Source of the DNA: a virus | Taxonomy: Duplodnaviria > Caudoviricetes | Length of the DNA: 62,104 nucleotides | Virus record (IMG/VR): IMGVR_UViG_3300003690_003506 | Coordinates: 1 to 62,104 of that record | Strand: one strand, 5' to 3' | The notes under the pieces: generated by a model | What the model saw: the letters and a program-made list of their open reading frames with translations, nothing else | Told to the model about the DNA's origin: nothing | Databases searched by the model: none | Translations under genes and position numbers: made by a program | Part shown: one piece after another, positions 48,686 through 58,852 of the stretch | Position numbering within the stretch: position 1 is the stretch's first letter | Layout: each line of letters starts with the position of its first letter

Positions 48686-51645
48686 TGAAACTAACAAAAG
48701 ATTTATTTAATGGCTGTTTGCCACTTCTTCTTATAGAAAAAGTACAGATTCTTCCAACCGATGACGCCGCTTCTAAACAAAGAGTAGACATCACCTTATC
48801 AATACAGAAGCGAGCAGATGCCAAAATTCTTCCTTATAGAATCTTTACGGCATGTTCTTACACTTTGAAGCCAATTCAGAAAATGCTTAATAATGCATTG
48901 ATTGCAAAAGATTTTATTCGAACACCAACCCGTGGCCAGAAGACTGTTCAAAAAGAGTATTTAAAACTAGAGGCCAAAGAAGGCGATTTTGATGAACCAG
49001 GCGTCGCTGCAGATAATTCCCGTATTGTAAAAAAATCTCTGACATTTACAAAAGATTTTGACTCTGACAAGGTTAACAATCTTTATTTATATGCTGTGGC
49101 CTATGCTATTGATTCCAAATCAGACAGCAAGTCCGGCATCGATGGTACAATTGCTAGTATGCTCATCGGTAAACCGGCTGTTGAAACAATTATATCAAGC
49201 GGGAAAACCCCAAATGAGAGTGTTATTTATAAACTTGATGCCGACGTTGTAGGTCAAGGCAAAAAAGGGGATATTTGGGTGGGCCCTACCAATGTAATAA
49301 ATGGTGATGTTGTAACTGCCACAGAAACTCCGGACACAGTGCCGGTATCTTTGGTGCCAATTCGTGTTTCCAATCAGAAAATGCAAGACATGAGATTTCT
49401 TAATGCTGCTGAAAATTTACCATTTAATAATACCACTAACGGGTCTCGAAAAAGTCAAAAAGATGCTGAAGTAATTAAAAAAATATTTAAGACATCTGGC
49501 GCGATATCTGATGCACACTATTCAAGAACTAGAAAAAGTTTAAATATTTTATTTACCATAGACCGTATCACGCTAGCTAGACAAAATACAAAGTTGGGAT
49601 ATTTGATGCTTAATAATACTTCTCTGGGTAGTTGTTTGAAAATAGAAAATATACGAGTTTACAGGACCAGGATTGAGCCAAATGTAAAAGCAAACGAACT
49701 AACTCCGGGAAAAATAAGCGTATGTGGATCGAATACCCGTATTTCAACAGATAAACTTGTAGCAACGTTGCGAGATGGCGGTGTTAAAGCAACTGATCTC
49801 GGTACCAGAACAGGGCCCGCAATGAGCTTGATAATTACAGATGGTAGTATTTCAAGTGACAATATGGGAACACACGAATATACAATATTTTTAGAGATGA
49901 TTGATTATTCAACTAGTGCTATAGCGGAGATTTCCGACACATTAACAACTTTATTATCGCGATACAGTAAATTTGTAGACAATATTGAAATTGGGGGACG
50001 TTCAGCAAAGGGTGCCAACTTTAAAATTTATTTGAAGGCCAAGAAAATTTCGATCAAAGAAGAAAGTAAAGACTGGCAAAGACTTATAGATTATTATTTA
50101 ACGGCCGTTCGTTTTATTTTTGGATCACAACCCTTTAATAGATATTCCCAGATAACATGGAGAAAAAATTTATTAGCTATGGTAAATCCTGATAATGGAG
50201 ATATGAAATCTATTCTAAAGGTTAGAGAAATAATAACCAATTTTAATACAAATCTTATGAGAATGTATAAGGGTTCCACCATGGGGGGTGCTGAGGATAA
50301 TTTTAAAGTTACTTCTAAGGGTGGCAGCACCGCAGCCGGTAAAAGAATAATTGGATTAGAACACACATTTTCTTCTAAATATGTTAAAAATAGTTCTGAC
50401 GAGGAAGGAATGGATTATCTGGATATGTCGTTATCCAAGCCAAATCCTGGTAATTTTACAAACATACCGCTTTCGGGCTTTGATAGAAGAATTGCTGCCG
50501 AGGTAAAAAAATATGGTGTAGGGGATCCAGATAGCGTGGGGGTCAATAAGTATGGATATCTTAGTCCAAAAAGAGTACATGTAAAAGGTAACGTAGTTGA
50601 AACAGATACAAAATACTTTCCCCAAGAATCCGGAAATGGCATATTAAAATCCAATATAGGCCCTGGTAAAATAGGTTTGCATTCTCCCTCTAGCATATCA
50701 GATAAAGTCTACACGTCAGAAATGGATTCTTTATTGAATTATTCCGATGTTTCTATTGTACCTCTTAAAAAGTCAATTGGTAAATTACTTCAAATTCCCA
50801 GAGTTAAGATTGTAAAAGCTGATTTGGACTCTACTTCCTATTTCTCAAATAATTCACCATTTAATAAAGACATAGAGGATAAAAAAACCGCCATTAGTGG
50901 TTCTTCTGAATTAAATATAAAAACGGATAGATCGCGTGAAGAGGAAATACTCAAATCAGATGTGGCCAAGACTATGACAGATTCTTTATCTGTTGGTTTT
51001 AAGAGATCAAAAGTTGTGATAGACGACGACGACACAGCACCATCACTTGCCGCACAAGCCTTAAAGGCTGATTCTGGATTAGTGATTGAAAATAACAATT
51101 TTGAAAATGCAATGAATTATAATTCAATAGCAAAAATTCAATATTTTGATGGATTTAAGTCTCAAAACGGAAAAGTAAATATTAATGAGCCACGCTGGAA
51201 GACTCTAAATAAGGGGAAGATTGATAGTCTTAAATCCAATGGTGATCGCGTATTGTGCAGAACTGTTTTGATAAATAATATGGTAGATATTCCGAATAAG
51301 TATACATTACCAGAATATGATTGTTTATTTGTGTTGGGTGATAAGCCGCCTGCCACAAAAAAGATTAATCCCCCAACATATAAAACTTTATTAGAGACTT
51401 CACTAGGAAGTGCTAAAAAGCAAGCTAAAAATGTAGCATTAAATATAGAAAGCGGCGCCACAGCAGAGGTCGATGTGTCTTATGCAATATCTCCCCTTCC
51501 GGGCCGAGCCACTCCGGCGCGCCCAGGTGGCGTAACCAAAGGTGGCAGAGGCGGTAGCACTCCCACTGGTGGCGGTAGTGTGCCTGGAGGCGGCGGCGCT
51601 CCCGGTGGGGGCTCAATGCCCAGTGGTGGCGGAGCAGATTATTAA
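48685..51645 (+). CDS. Hypothetical virion-module protein with Gly/Pro-rich tail
   Basis: ATG at 48685 overlaps the upstream TAA; ends in GGGSVPGGGGAPGGGSMPSGGG. Confidence 0.65.
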   Translation: MKLTKDLFNGCLPLLLIEKVQILPTDDAASKQRVDITLSIQKRADAKILPYRIFTACSYTLKPIQKMLNNALIAKDFIRTPTRGQKTVQKEYLKLEAKEGDFDEPGVAADNSRIVKKSLTFTKDFDSDKVNNLYLYAVAYAIDSKSDSKSGIDGTIASMLIGKPAVETIISSGKTPNESVIYKLDADVVGQGKKGDIWVGPTNVINGDVVTATETPDTVPVSLVPIRVSNQKMQDMRFLNAAENLPFNNTTNGSRKSQKDAEVIKKIFKTSGAISDAHYSRTRKSLNILFTIDRITLARQNTKLGYLMLNNTSLGSCLKIENIRVYRTRIEPNVKANELTPGKISVCGSNTRISTDKLVATLRDGGVKATDLGTRTGPAMSLIITDGSISSDNMGTHEYTIFLEMIDYSTSAIAEISDTLTTLLSRYSKFVDNIEIGGRSAKGANFKIYLKAKKISIKEESKDWQRLIDYYLTAVRFIFGSQPFNRYSQITWRKNLLAMVNPDNGDMKSILKVREIITNFNTNLMRMYKGSTMGGAEDNFKVTSKGGSTAAGKRIIGLEHTFSSKYVKNSSDEEGMDYLDMSLSKPNPGNFTNIPLSGFDRRIAAEVKKYGVGDPDSVGVNKYGYLSPKRVHVKGNVVETDTKYFPQESGNGILKSNIGPGKIGLHSPSSISDKVYTSEMDSLLNYSDVSIVPLKKSIGKLLQIPRVKIVKADLDSTSYFSNNSPFNKDIEDKKTAISGSSELNIKTDRSREEEILKSDVAKTMTDSLSVGFKRSKVVIDDDDTAPSLAAQALKADSGLVIENNNFENAMNYNSIAKIQYFDGFKSQNGKVNINEPRWKTLNKGKIDSLKSNGDRVLCRTVLINNMVDIPNKYTLPEYDCLFVLGDKPPATKKINPPTYKTLLETSLGSAKKQAKNVALNIESGATAEVDVSYAISPLPGRATPARPGGVTKGGRGGSTPTGGGSVPGGGGAPGGGSMPSGGGADY

Positions 51646-54434
51646 TGAGCGCTCAAAACCCAGACTTTAAAGTTAAGACACGGTATATAAATTCTGACTT
51701 GAAGAGCGTTGCTCCCTCGGAGGTTTTGGGAAACAGCGAAGGTTCATCTCACCTGTGGCTAAGACATTCCTGGGGGACTTCCGACAGGTTTCGTGGAATA
51801 ACAGGAAATTCTTTGTATTTCTATCAAGGGCGCCTCCTAAATTTTAGAGACCTGGAACCCGGGTTCCATAGCCAGATCGTGGGTTTCCCCCTCGAAATGA
51901 TTGAGTTGCCTGGCGGATCCGCACAAGGCACCAGTGGCGGCGGTAGTGGGTATAACAGTTATACATCTCATTATCTGATTCTCCCTAACCATATATACTG
52001 GAAGGCCGGCGTTGTCAATCCAGATCTCCCGGGGGTTGTTCTAGATACATTACTTAAAGAAATTCAAATACTTCCAGGCCTAGACCAAGGGGATCCATAC
52101 TGGAAGATGTTTCTGAAAGATGGTATAGACAACACCGACAGTCGCTTCTTCGGCGTCGTCGACGGCGGAACGAAATGGGATCCAATTTTTAATCACCTTA
52201 ACAATAACGATTATTTTAACGACTTTACTTATAGTTATTTAAGGCCGTCGAATGATGAAAAAATTCGAAAGAAAAGCGGCATGGATGTCCGTGTTGATTC
52301 GGTTTATAACTTTTATTTAGATACGACTCCTCCATACGAAGACGCGATTAAAAATGTATCAGACTCACTGATTACGAATTTTTATTGTTTAGAATCCGAA
52401 CTTCGAAACACTGGGTCTACTTATAATTCTCAAGACTACTATAATCAAATTACATTAGAAAATAACTTAGGGTGGTTTGTTGTTAAAGATCTTGGAGTTG
52501 GAGGCCTCACCGAGGAGCAACGACGTCAGATCGCGCAAGCCCAGGCAAGCTATGCGGCCGGCCAGTCCGCCGCCGTCGAGGGCGAGGTCACCTCGATGGG
52601 CATGGAAGAGTTCGTCCCAGCGGTCCAGGCCGGCGGCTCGCAGCAACCCGAATGGTTTAACAATATTCAAGGAGGAGTTAATTCCTATAATGAGTCAACT
52701 ACCGCTGAGTTTTATAGTCTTTATAGTAAGGGTATTGGTGGCGCCGCATCGTCGCAAGACTTAGTGAACAGCATGCTCACAAAATATAAAAATATGGTAA
52801 TTTTATGCTCTGATCTTGATATGTTAAGCGATTTAGCAGTAAGAGATGATGATACCTCTGGGGTATCAAATCTTCCATTTTATAACAAGATAACAATTGG
52901 TGTGAACGACGACGATATTACTGGCGGCGCGCTCACCGTGCTTCGAGACGCCTACCGAAATCTCGAAGGGGGCTCCTTCTTCAAAAATCTATTGGTCCTT
53001 TTCGGTCTTGGTCAACAAGATCTCGATCCTGCCTTCGTCCCCGCTACCATATTAGACATAATCCAAATGTATATAATTCAAAAAATTGAAGGCACTGGGC
53101 CGTTCACTGGCGGTGGTGACCAAGACTCTCTTAATTTTGCAAAGTCGGTACGTACGCCGACAAACTCGGAAAACGCTAGCCTAGCGCAGAGCAGCCAGGG
53201 AGTCAATGAAACCTCGGTAGTTTCCTTTTCGTGGAGGGAATTTATGGAAGATATCCGCAACCCCACGGCCCGGGCACAAGTTATAACGCCTCTTATTAAC
53301 AGAATAAACAATAATGTAACTACTGGCGACGACAATTTTATTTTATTAAGAAACTATAATGAAGGATTGGCCATTGCAGACGATACCTTTCTTGAAACTC
53401 TCAGAACCCAGGCAGGTTCCAACCACATACACTTTCCCACAAGAACCTATGAACAAATATTGGCAAACGAAGATTGTTATAGCGAGCCTATATTATATAA
53501 AATTGATAAATATAGCGTTCAACCGTTGACGACCGGAACCACACTATCGCAAACGTTTTATATTAGTGCGCGCGGCGAGAATTGGGAACCTAGGCCGATA
53601 ACTTATATCGATTCGCAGGTTAAATATGGTGTAGAATATAGATATGATATTAAACAAATAAGGATGGTATTTGGAAATAGTTATGGTTATAGAGATCTTC
53701 AGGCCGACAATACACTTATCGGTGGCCGCGGCAAACAGGTAGCAAATTCTTTAGGGTTTTATAGGCCTACAGATCCTAACACGCATTTCGATGATTACGT
53801 TGAGGCGCAGTACGGCGTGCGCGCAGGACCAGACTACACCGACAGTGATCGGGACAGCTCCGACGCGTTGCTCACCGTTGCTCCACCCAACCCGAACCTC
53901 GGCCCCGGCTTCCGCGACCTAGGTGATAAGACTTATTTGCGAGGGAATTTCGTATTTAAGCAAAGACAGCCCGGAGAGACTGGCGGCTCACCGTGGCGCC
54001 TGCAGTGGGCTGGTGGTGAGCATTCGGCCCAGGAATATTATGATGTATTAATGGATCAGGGTACCCGGCCCTGGCGCGGACAGCCAGGAGGCCAACATTC
54101 TCTCAGTTTTACTTCCGCCGTACTGCAGAATATGTTTATTAGGATCCACGAGGCGGCCGGTTCGTATGCCGGTGGAGCTGTTGCGTCTCACGTTAATTGG
54201 TCTGCGTTAACATGGCCAGCGGCGATCACACCGCCGCCAACAGGACCACCGCCGGCCACCTCCCCACAGCTCGGCGACGCGGGCTTCACCGGTGACGACG
54301 ACGATCCAAATACGTGGTGGGATGAGAGCCGATACGATCAAGAGGAACAGCATCAGCAGGCAATAGACAATGAGATGATCCCCGGCGGCGGTACCGGCGG
54401 CGGTGGCGGAGGCGGTGGCGGAGGCGCCTCGTAA
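51645..54434 (+). CDS. Hypothetical virion-module protein with poly-Gly tail
   Basis: 929-aa ORF with an FN3-like YIDSQVKYGVEYRY strand and many GC-rich patches. Confidence 0.65.
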   Translation: MSAQNPDFKVKTRYINSDLKSVAPSEVLGNSEGSSHLWLRHSWGTSDRFRGITGNSLYFYQGRLLNFRDLEPGFHSQIVGFPLEMIELPGGSAQGTSGGGSGYNSYTSHYLILPNHIYWKAGVVNPDLPGVVLDTLLKEIQILPGLDQGDPYWKMFLKDGIDNTDSRFFGVVDGGTKWDPIFNHLNNNDYFNDFTYSYLRPSNDEKIRKKSGMDVRVDSVYNFYLDTTPPYEDAIKNVSDSLITNFYCLESELRNTGSTYNSQDYYNQITLENNLGWFVVKDLGVGGLTEEQRRQIAQAQASYAAGQSAAVEGEVTSMGMEEFVPAVQAGGSQQPEWFNNIQGGVNSYNESTTAEFYSLYSKGIGGAASSQDLVNSMLTKYKNMVILCSDLDMLSDLAVRDDDTSGVSNLPFYNKITIGVNDDDITGGALTVLRDAYRNLEGGSFFKNLLVLFGLGQQDLDPAFVPATILDIIQMYIIQKIEGTGPFTGGGDQDSLNFAKSVRTPTNSENASLAQSSQGVNETSVVSFSWREFMEDIRNPTARAQVITPLINRINNNVTTGDDNFILLRNYNEGLAIADDTFLETLRTQAGSNHIHFPTRTYEQILANEDCYSEPILYKIDKYSVQPLTTGTTLSQTFYISARGENWEPRPITYIDSQVKYGVEYRYDIKQIRMVFGNSYGYRDLQADNTLIGGRGKQVANSLGFYRPTDPNTHFDDYVEAQYGVRAGPDYTDSDRDSSDALLTVAPPNPNLGPGFRDLGDKTYLRGNFVFKQRQPGETGGSPWRLQWAGGEHSAQEYYDVLMDQGTRPWRGQPGGQHSLSFTSAVLQNMFIRIHEAAGSYAGGAVASHVNWSALTWPAAITPPPTGPPPATSPQLGDAGFTGDDDDPNTWWDESRYDQEEQHQQAIDNEMIPGGGTGGGGGGGGGGAS
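54383..54426 (+). repeat. GGN trinucleotide low-complexity repeat (poly-Gly)
   Basis: ggcggcggtaccggcggcggtggcggaggcggtggcggaggc. Confidence 0.7.
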
Positions 54435-54449
54435 AAAGAAAATAAGAAA

Positions 54450-55175
54450 ATGCAAGAAAAAGAATTTGAATATATAAAAGGAGCTGCAAGAACTAATATA
54501 CCGTGGTTTCGTCCGCAAGCGCACCGGCTAAATTTATGGAAAGAAGAGTTCTTCAAAATTCCAGGCGTAGATAAATATAAGTTTTGGATTTGCGGGGGCG
54601 CCCTGGAGAACTGGAAATCTTGGGATACTGACATACTTGTTACTGGAAAAGTTACATCATATATGGAATTGCAAAATATTATGGTATCCGCTACTCAACT
54701 TGGGCTTGATCTTAGACAATTAATTGATATTAATTGGAATGATTCTTTAGAAAAATATTTAGAAAAGGGCCCTTGCTCTCGGCGAAGTATATGTTGCGAT
54801 CATTTTTTTAGATACGAGTGGTGCAACATTGAACATTGTTTAACTGAAATGGATTTTGAAACGATTATTATAAGCCCGACAACCATAAAAAATGGCGCAG
54901 TCATCGGTAGAAAAAAAGATCCAAACCCTATACAGCTGGCTTCATCTTTATGGAAAATTGCTATGAATAGGGGCTATAATGTACTTCCATCAAAAAAACA
55001 GGCAAAAAGAATAAAAAATGGCATTATTTATAAAGGAAGACCGACTTTGTTAACATACGATTTGGATTTTAAAACAATTATCCCCCCGGATCATCGGCGC
55101 CAAGACCTTTTCTTGAAGGAATCTCGGCCACAACGCGCAGTAACGCCTGCTTGGTTGGATTCTCTAGGAAATTAG
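54450..55175 (+). CDS. Putative Pol-beta-superfamily nucleotidyltransferase
   Basis: WICGGAL....WDTDILV plus a later LIDI fits the hGG..DxD..D signature. Confidence 0.55.
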   Translation: MQEKEFEYIKGAARTNIPWFRPQAHRLNLWKEEFFKIPGVDKYKFWICGGALENWKSWDTDILVTGKVTSYMELQNIMVSATQLGLDLRQLIDINWNDSLEKYLEKGPCSRRSICCDHFFRYEWCNIEHCLTEMDFETIIISPTTIKNGAVIGRKKDPNPIQLASSLWKIAMNRGYNVLPSKKQAKRIKNGIIYKGRPTLLTYDLDFKTIIPPDHRRQDLFLKESRPQRAVTPAWLDSLGN

Positions 55176-55176
55176 T

Positions 55177-56622
55177 ATGGCAAGTATTTATTACTATATA
55201 GATATTCAAGAACGGAACTATTATAGCGCCTCGGCGGTGATGATGTGGTATAGCCACCTGAACAGATATGAGCTCATGGATCCGGCGGGATCCCTTGCCG
55301 ACCCAAACGATGAGGGCGTCCCTGCTCTAGAAACTTTTTCAGTCGGCCCGATCGAGTTCCAGGATCAGGGGCAATATTCCATTGCTCAGTTCATGACCAA
55401 AATCAATGATGCTTTTACCACAGCGCTCCTCTACAGTGACGCACCAAGGCTATATCAGATTCAGATTCGTCCGCATGACCCAGGGAGTACTACGCCGGGC
55501 CCGGGCTTCCAGCCCATGCCACTCGGTAACAAATCCGGCGCCATGCTAACCGCCCTCACTGCCGCCCGCGCGAACGGTGAAATTTTAATAAATTATGACA
55601 TCTTCAATGAAGACCGCGTTACTTTTAAACTTTTGTTTCGTTCTGGAGAACACGGATCCAGCATTGCGTCAACTCCATCAATCCCGGCTGGAGGCGGCCG
55701 CACGGCAAATTCGCCACCTTGGGCCACCGTCAAAGTCAAAAATAAACTAAACATTGCCAAAGCTGTTGAAGTTCCGTATTGTTCAATATCCACCACAATT
55801 ACTGACAAACCCCCTGTCCCTCCTGATATATTATTTGTTCCCTATGTAGGCGTCAATAACAAAGTGTTAATTATGTTAAATTCTACTGCCGGCGAAAGAC
55901 TAGAGAAGCCAATTATATTGGACGATGATGACATAACGTTTATAAGAGAGGAGTACAACTCTCAGTACGGCATCGACGTCGGTCTGTTTACAGATGCCCA
56001 GCTCACCGCTGTAGATTTGAGTCTTGCCGCAGGCAAACTTTTGCAATATAGAAGCGACGACCCGGTAAAAAAATATGAAATATTTAGAGTTGATCGTAAA
56101 CCAACAAATTATCAAAGTTTTAAAGGTTTTCGAATTGCTCGAATTGAAGAAAAAATAGGCCCCGATAAAGCTTCTACTGCGGCTTCTTTTATAGACACAA
56201 TTCAGCCAAATAAAAAGTATTGGTATTGCGCCCGCGCAATTGACGTACACAACAATATCTCTAATCCAACTTATATTTTCGAAGTCGAGATGGTGGACAA
56301 TAGAGGACAAATGTATTTTATAAGCAAGCCGATTGCTTTTGATGCGCGGAAACTAGATTATAAGAAACAAGGCAGAAGGTACCTTGCTATTCGTCCGCAA
56401 GCATCTCAAACAACGTACGACCCCAATTCTGATCAGGCAGCCAATTTGGGTTCTGTGGCTATCGACCAGCCCCCAGGCGCCACCGCGGCAATTTTAGGAT
56501 TGGCGAGTATTGAAGATTCAATTTGGGAGAAAAAGTTCAAAATTAGAGTGACCAGTAAAAAGACTGGAAGGAAAATTGATTTAAACGTGACGTTTAAAAA
56601 TGATGGAGTTATCATTCCATAG
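55177..56622 (+). CDS. Putative virion protein with FN3-like domain
   Basis: DKPPVPP, YEIFRVD and FIDTIQPNKKYWYCARAIDVHNNISNP patterns. Confidence 0.6.
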   Translation: MASIYYYIDIQERNYYSASAVMMWYSHLNRYELMDPAGSLADPNDEGVPALETFSVGPIEFQDQGQYSIAQFMTKINDAFTTALLYSDAPRLYQIQIRPHDPGSTTPGPGFQPMPLGNKSGAMLTALTAARANGEILINYDIFNEDRVTFKLLFRSGEHGSSIASTPSIPAGGGRTANSPPWATVKVKNKLNIAKAVEVPYCSISTTITDKPPVPPDILFVPYVGVNNKVLIMLNSTAGERLEKPIILDDDDITFIREEYNSQYGIDVGLFTDAQLTAVDLSLAAGKLLQYRSDDPVKKYEIFRVDRKPTNYQSFKGFRIARIEEKIGPDKASTAASFIDTIQPNKKYWYCARAIDVHNNISNPTYIFEVEMVDNRGQMYFISKPIAFDARKLDYKKQGRRYLAIRPQASQTTYDPNSDQAANLGSVAIDQPPGATAAILGLASIEDSIWEKKFKIRVTSKKTGRKIDLNVTFKNDGVIIP

Positions 56623-56642
56623 GATATAACTAATTGTTATTA

Positions 56643-56650
56643 CTATTTAT
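56643..56650 (+). promoter_or_regulatory. Candidate late promoter motif CTAWTTAT
   Basis: CTATTTAT, intergenic, 21 nt before the ATG at 56672. Confidence 0.5.
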
Positions 56651-56671
56651 ATACAGAAAGAGGTTTAAAAG

Positions 56672-57652
56672 ATGGGTTTCTTAGATAATTCAGGCGACAT
56701 TCTACTTGATGCAGTCCTCACGGATGCGGGTAGGCTTCGCTTAGCCAAGGGTGATGGAAGTTTTAAAATTGATAAATTTGCACTTGGTGATGACGAGATT
56801 GATTATGGTTTATACGACAAGAACCATGCCAGTGGTTCTGCTTATTACGATTTGAGTATTTTACAGACACCAGTATTGGAGGCATTCACTAACAATATGT
56901 CTAGCATGAAGTCTAGACTTTTGACTGTTAATAATAATGATCTTCTATATCTGCCGGTTATTAAACTATTTACACAATCCGGCAAAGGATCTGAATTAAA
57001 TGCGAATGGGTCTTTTGTGGTACCGGTTGATAAAAGTACTGTTGAAACTGGCTTCGGCTCCGTTTTGGGTGCTGGATTATTAAACGGGTATATCCCCTCG
57101 GATGATCCCGGCAGGATTGAACTTCATCAAGGACTTAATACTAATGAAAAACCCAAAGAGGAACCACTTCAATCCCAATTAGTTGAAAGTCAGTACATTG
57201 TTCAAATTGATAATCGATTAGGACAAATTTACCCGACCGCTGATTCTGAAGCCGAAGGTGACGATGTCGGCATACAAATTGCTCCCGCAAGTTATGCTTT
57301 CTTGGATGATGATAATATTGCTAACTATTATTTTGTATCCTCGGCCGGCCGCGGCTTTGTGGGTAACTTGAGGTCAACCGAACCCTCACCCATACTGGGC
57401 CCACGAGGAACTAAGATTACTTTTCGAATCGGTGCTAGCTTGGAATTGAGAAACAGTGAGTTCTTGTTTGATCAGCTCGGCACAGTCGGCGCCGCAACGA
57501 TTGCAAACTCCGCCGCCGACGAAGACGCCGGCGCGGATCTAAACCCTGCCTCAAACCCCTATAAATTTATTGATTCTACTGTCCGGATTTCTGGTGTTAA
57601 TACGGGTTTTAGTGTTGATATACCGCTTAGGTTTGTTAAGTTAAGCGCATAA
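56672..57652 (+). CDS. Putative baseplate/tail-fibre attachment protein
   Basis: DAVLTDAGRLRLAKG..FKIDKFALGDDEIDY resembles the N-terminus of tail-collar (DUF3751-like) domains. Confidence 0.6.
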   Translation: MGFLDNSGDILLDAVLTDAGRLRLAKGDGSFKIDKFALGDDEIDYGLYDKNHASGSAYYDLSILQTPVLEAFTNNMSSMKSRLLTVNNNDLLYLPVIKLFTQSGKGSELNANGSFVVPVDKSTVETGFGSVLGAGLLNGYIPSDDPGRIELHQGLNTNEKPKEEPLQSQLVESQYIVQIDNRLGQIYPTADSEAEGDDVGIQIAPASYAFLDDDNIANYYFVSSAGRGFVGNLRSTEPSPILGPRGTKITFRIGASLELRNSEFLFDQLGTVGAATIANSAADEDAGADLNPASNPYKFIDSTVRISGVNTGFSVDIPLRFVKLSA

Positions 57653-57663
57653 GGATATAAATA

Positions 57664-58800
57664 ATGGCAAATTCATTTAAGACAATTAATCCAAAAGACA
57701 TAGTTTCAACAAGAAATTTATTGCACGAAGCAATACCGTTAACAGGAGCGATTATATCTGGTACGTATATTGATAACAATATCAAAAACTTTTCTCATGG
57801 AATGTTTCAATCAATATACGATTATCCCTATTTAAGTTCTTCTGCAAATCACATAATGGATTTGACTCTCGGGTATGCAAACACTTCTAGTCTTTCGGGC
57901 GCTTCCAATACGCAAAATGCTAAGAAAATTAACATTTATAACGAGATGGCTCAGGTGCTTGCTGGATTTGATGCATCCAGTAACTTGAGAAGGTTCGATG
58001 AGGACGGCGACTTAACTGGTGGAGCTAAGATTCAGCAGGCCATCGTTTTTAATTTTACGAGACTTTTACAGAAGGACGAGATTAAGAAAGGCAGCTTCGC
58101 GTTGGAACTGGGGGTAAGTTCTTCGTATCTTGATCCGTTTAGTGGCTATAGAATCAAACTTACTGATTATAGTGGCTCTGATGGGTTTAAGGTGAATTCA
58201 CCAGCCGGCGAGTTTGGCATTCTGTATGCTACAAGTAGCGGCGCTGAAATATCTTTAGCTGAATCCAATGTCGACGGTAATGGATATATGAAAGCTGGCT
58301 TAATATATTATCAAGCCGGCATTGTTATTGTATCATCTTCTATCTTTGGAAGCGCAGTTACTTCTAGTGGACCTACCGACACCGACAATTATGGCGGAAT
58401 TGCACCAATTAGTAGTTCGGTTTTAAACATTTCTGGCGGAATGAATTCTGCCGGCGATTCAATCGAGGCATTGCTCACAGGTTCTGCGATTAGTTCGTCT
58501 TGTGATGCCATAAGGCATAGAATTTATAATATTCAGTTTAATAATACAACGGAATTAAATTCTACAGTTTATTTCTGTAGAGCAAATCATGGCGATTTTA
58601 ATTATTCTGCAAATCCAACATACTTGAGTGCAAGTAAAATGGTGGTTAAGAATAATTCTACAGATTCGCCAGTAAGTTATGCTACGGCGGTTGGTCTTTA
58701 TTCTGCTGATAACGAACTTTTGGCAGTTGCTAAGTTGTCCGAGCCACTTAAGAAAGATCCTACGACAGAATTTACGCTTAGAGTTAGACTGGATTATTAA
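57664..58800 (+). CDS. Putative virion structural protein
   Basis: C-terminal VGLYSADNELLAVAKLSEPLKK..RVRLDY; Ser-rich. Confidence 0.65.
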   Translation: MANSFKTINPKDIVSTRNLLHEAIPLTGAIISGTYIDNNIKNFSHGMFQSIYDYPYLSSSANHIMDLTLGYANTSSLSGASNTQNAKKINIYNEMAQVLAGFDASSNLRRFDEDGDLTGGAKIQQAIVFNFTRLLQKDEIKKGSFALELGVSSSYLDPFSGYRIKLTDYSGSDGFKVNSPAGEFGILYATSSGAEISLAESNVDGNGYMKAGLIYYQAGIVIVSSSIFGSAVTSSGPTDTDNYGGIAPISSSVLNISGGMNSAGDSIEALLTGSAISSSCDAIRHRIYNIQFNNTTELNSTVYFCRANHGDFNYSANPTYLSASKMVVKNNSTDSPVSYATAVGLYSADNELLAVAKLSEPLKKDPTTEFTLRVRLDY

Positions 58801-58827
58801 CGTTCGTTTCTTAAAAATTGGATCAAA

Positions 58828-58835
58828 CTATTTAT
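58828..58835 (+). promoter_or_regulatory. Candidate late promoter motif CTAWTTAT
   Basis: CTATTTAT, intergenic, 17 nt before the ATG at 58853. Confidence 0.5.
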
Positions 58836-58852
58836 AATAGTAGGGATCTAAA

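Noticed and set aside
24220-55740. Diversity-generating retroelement or invertible shufflon explaining the GC patches
   Set aside because: No reverse transcriptase, template/variable repeat pair, recombinase or flanking inverted repeats were seen in the window.
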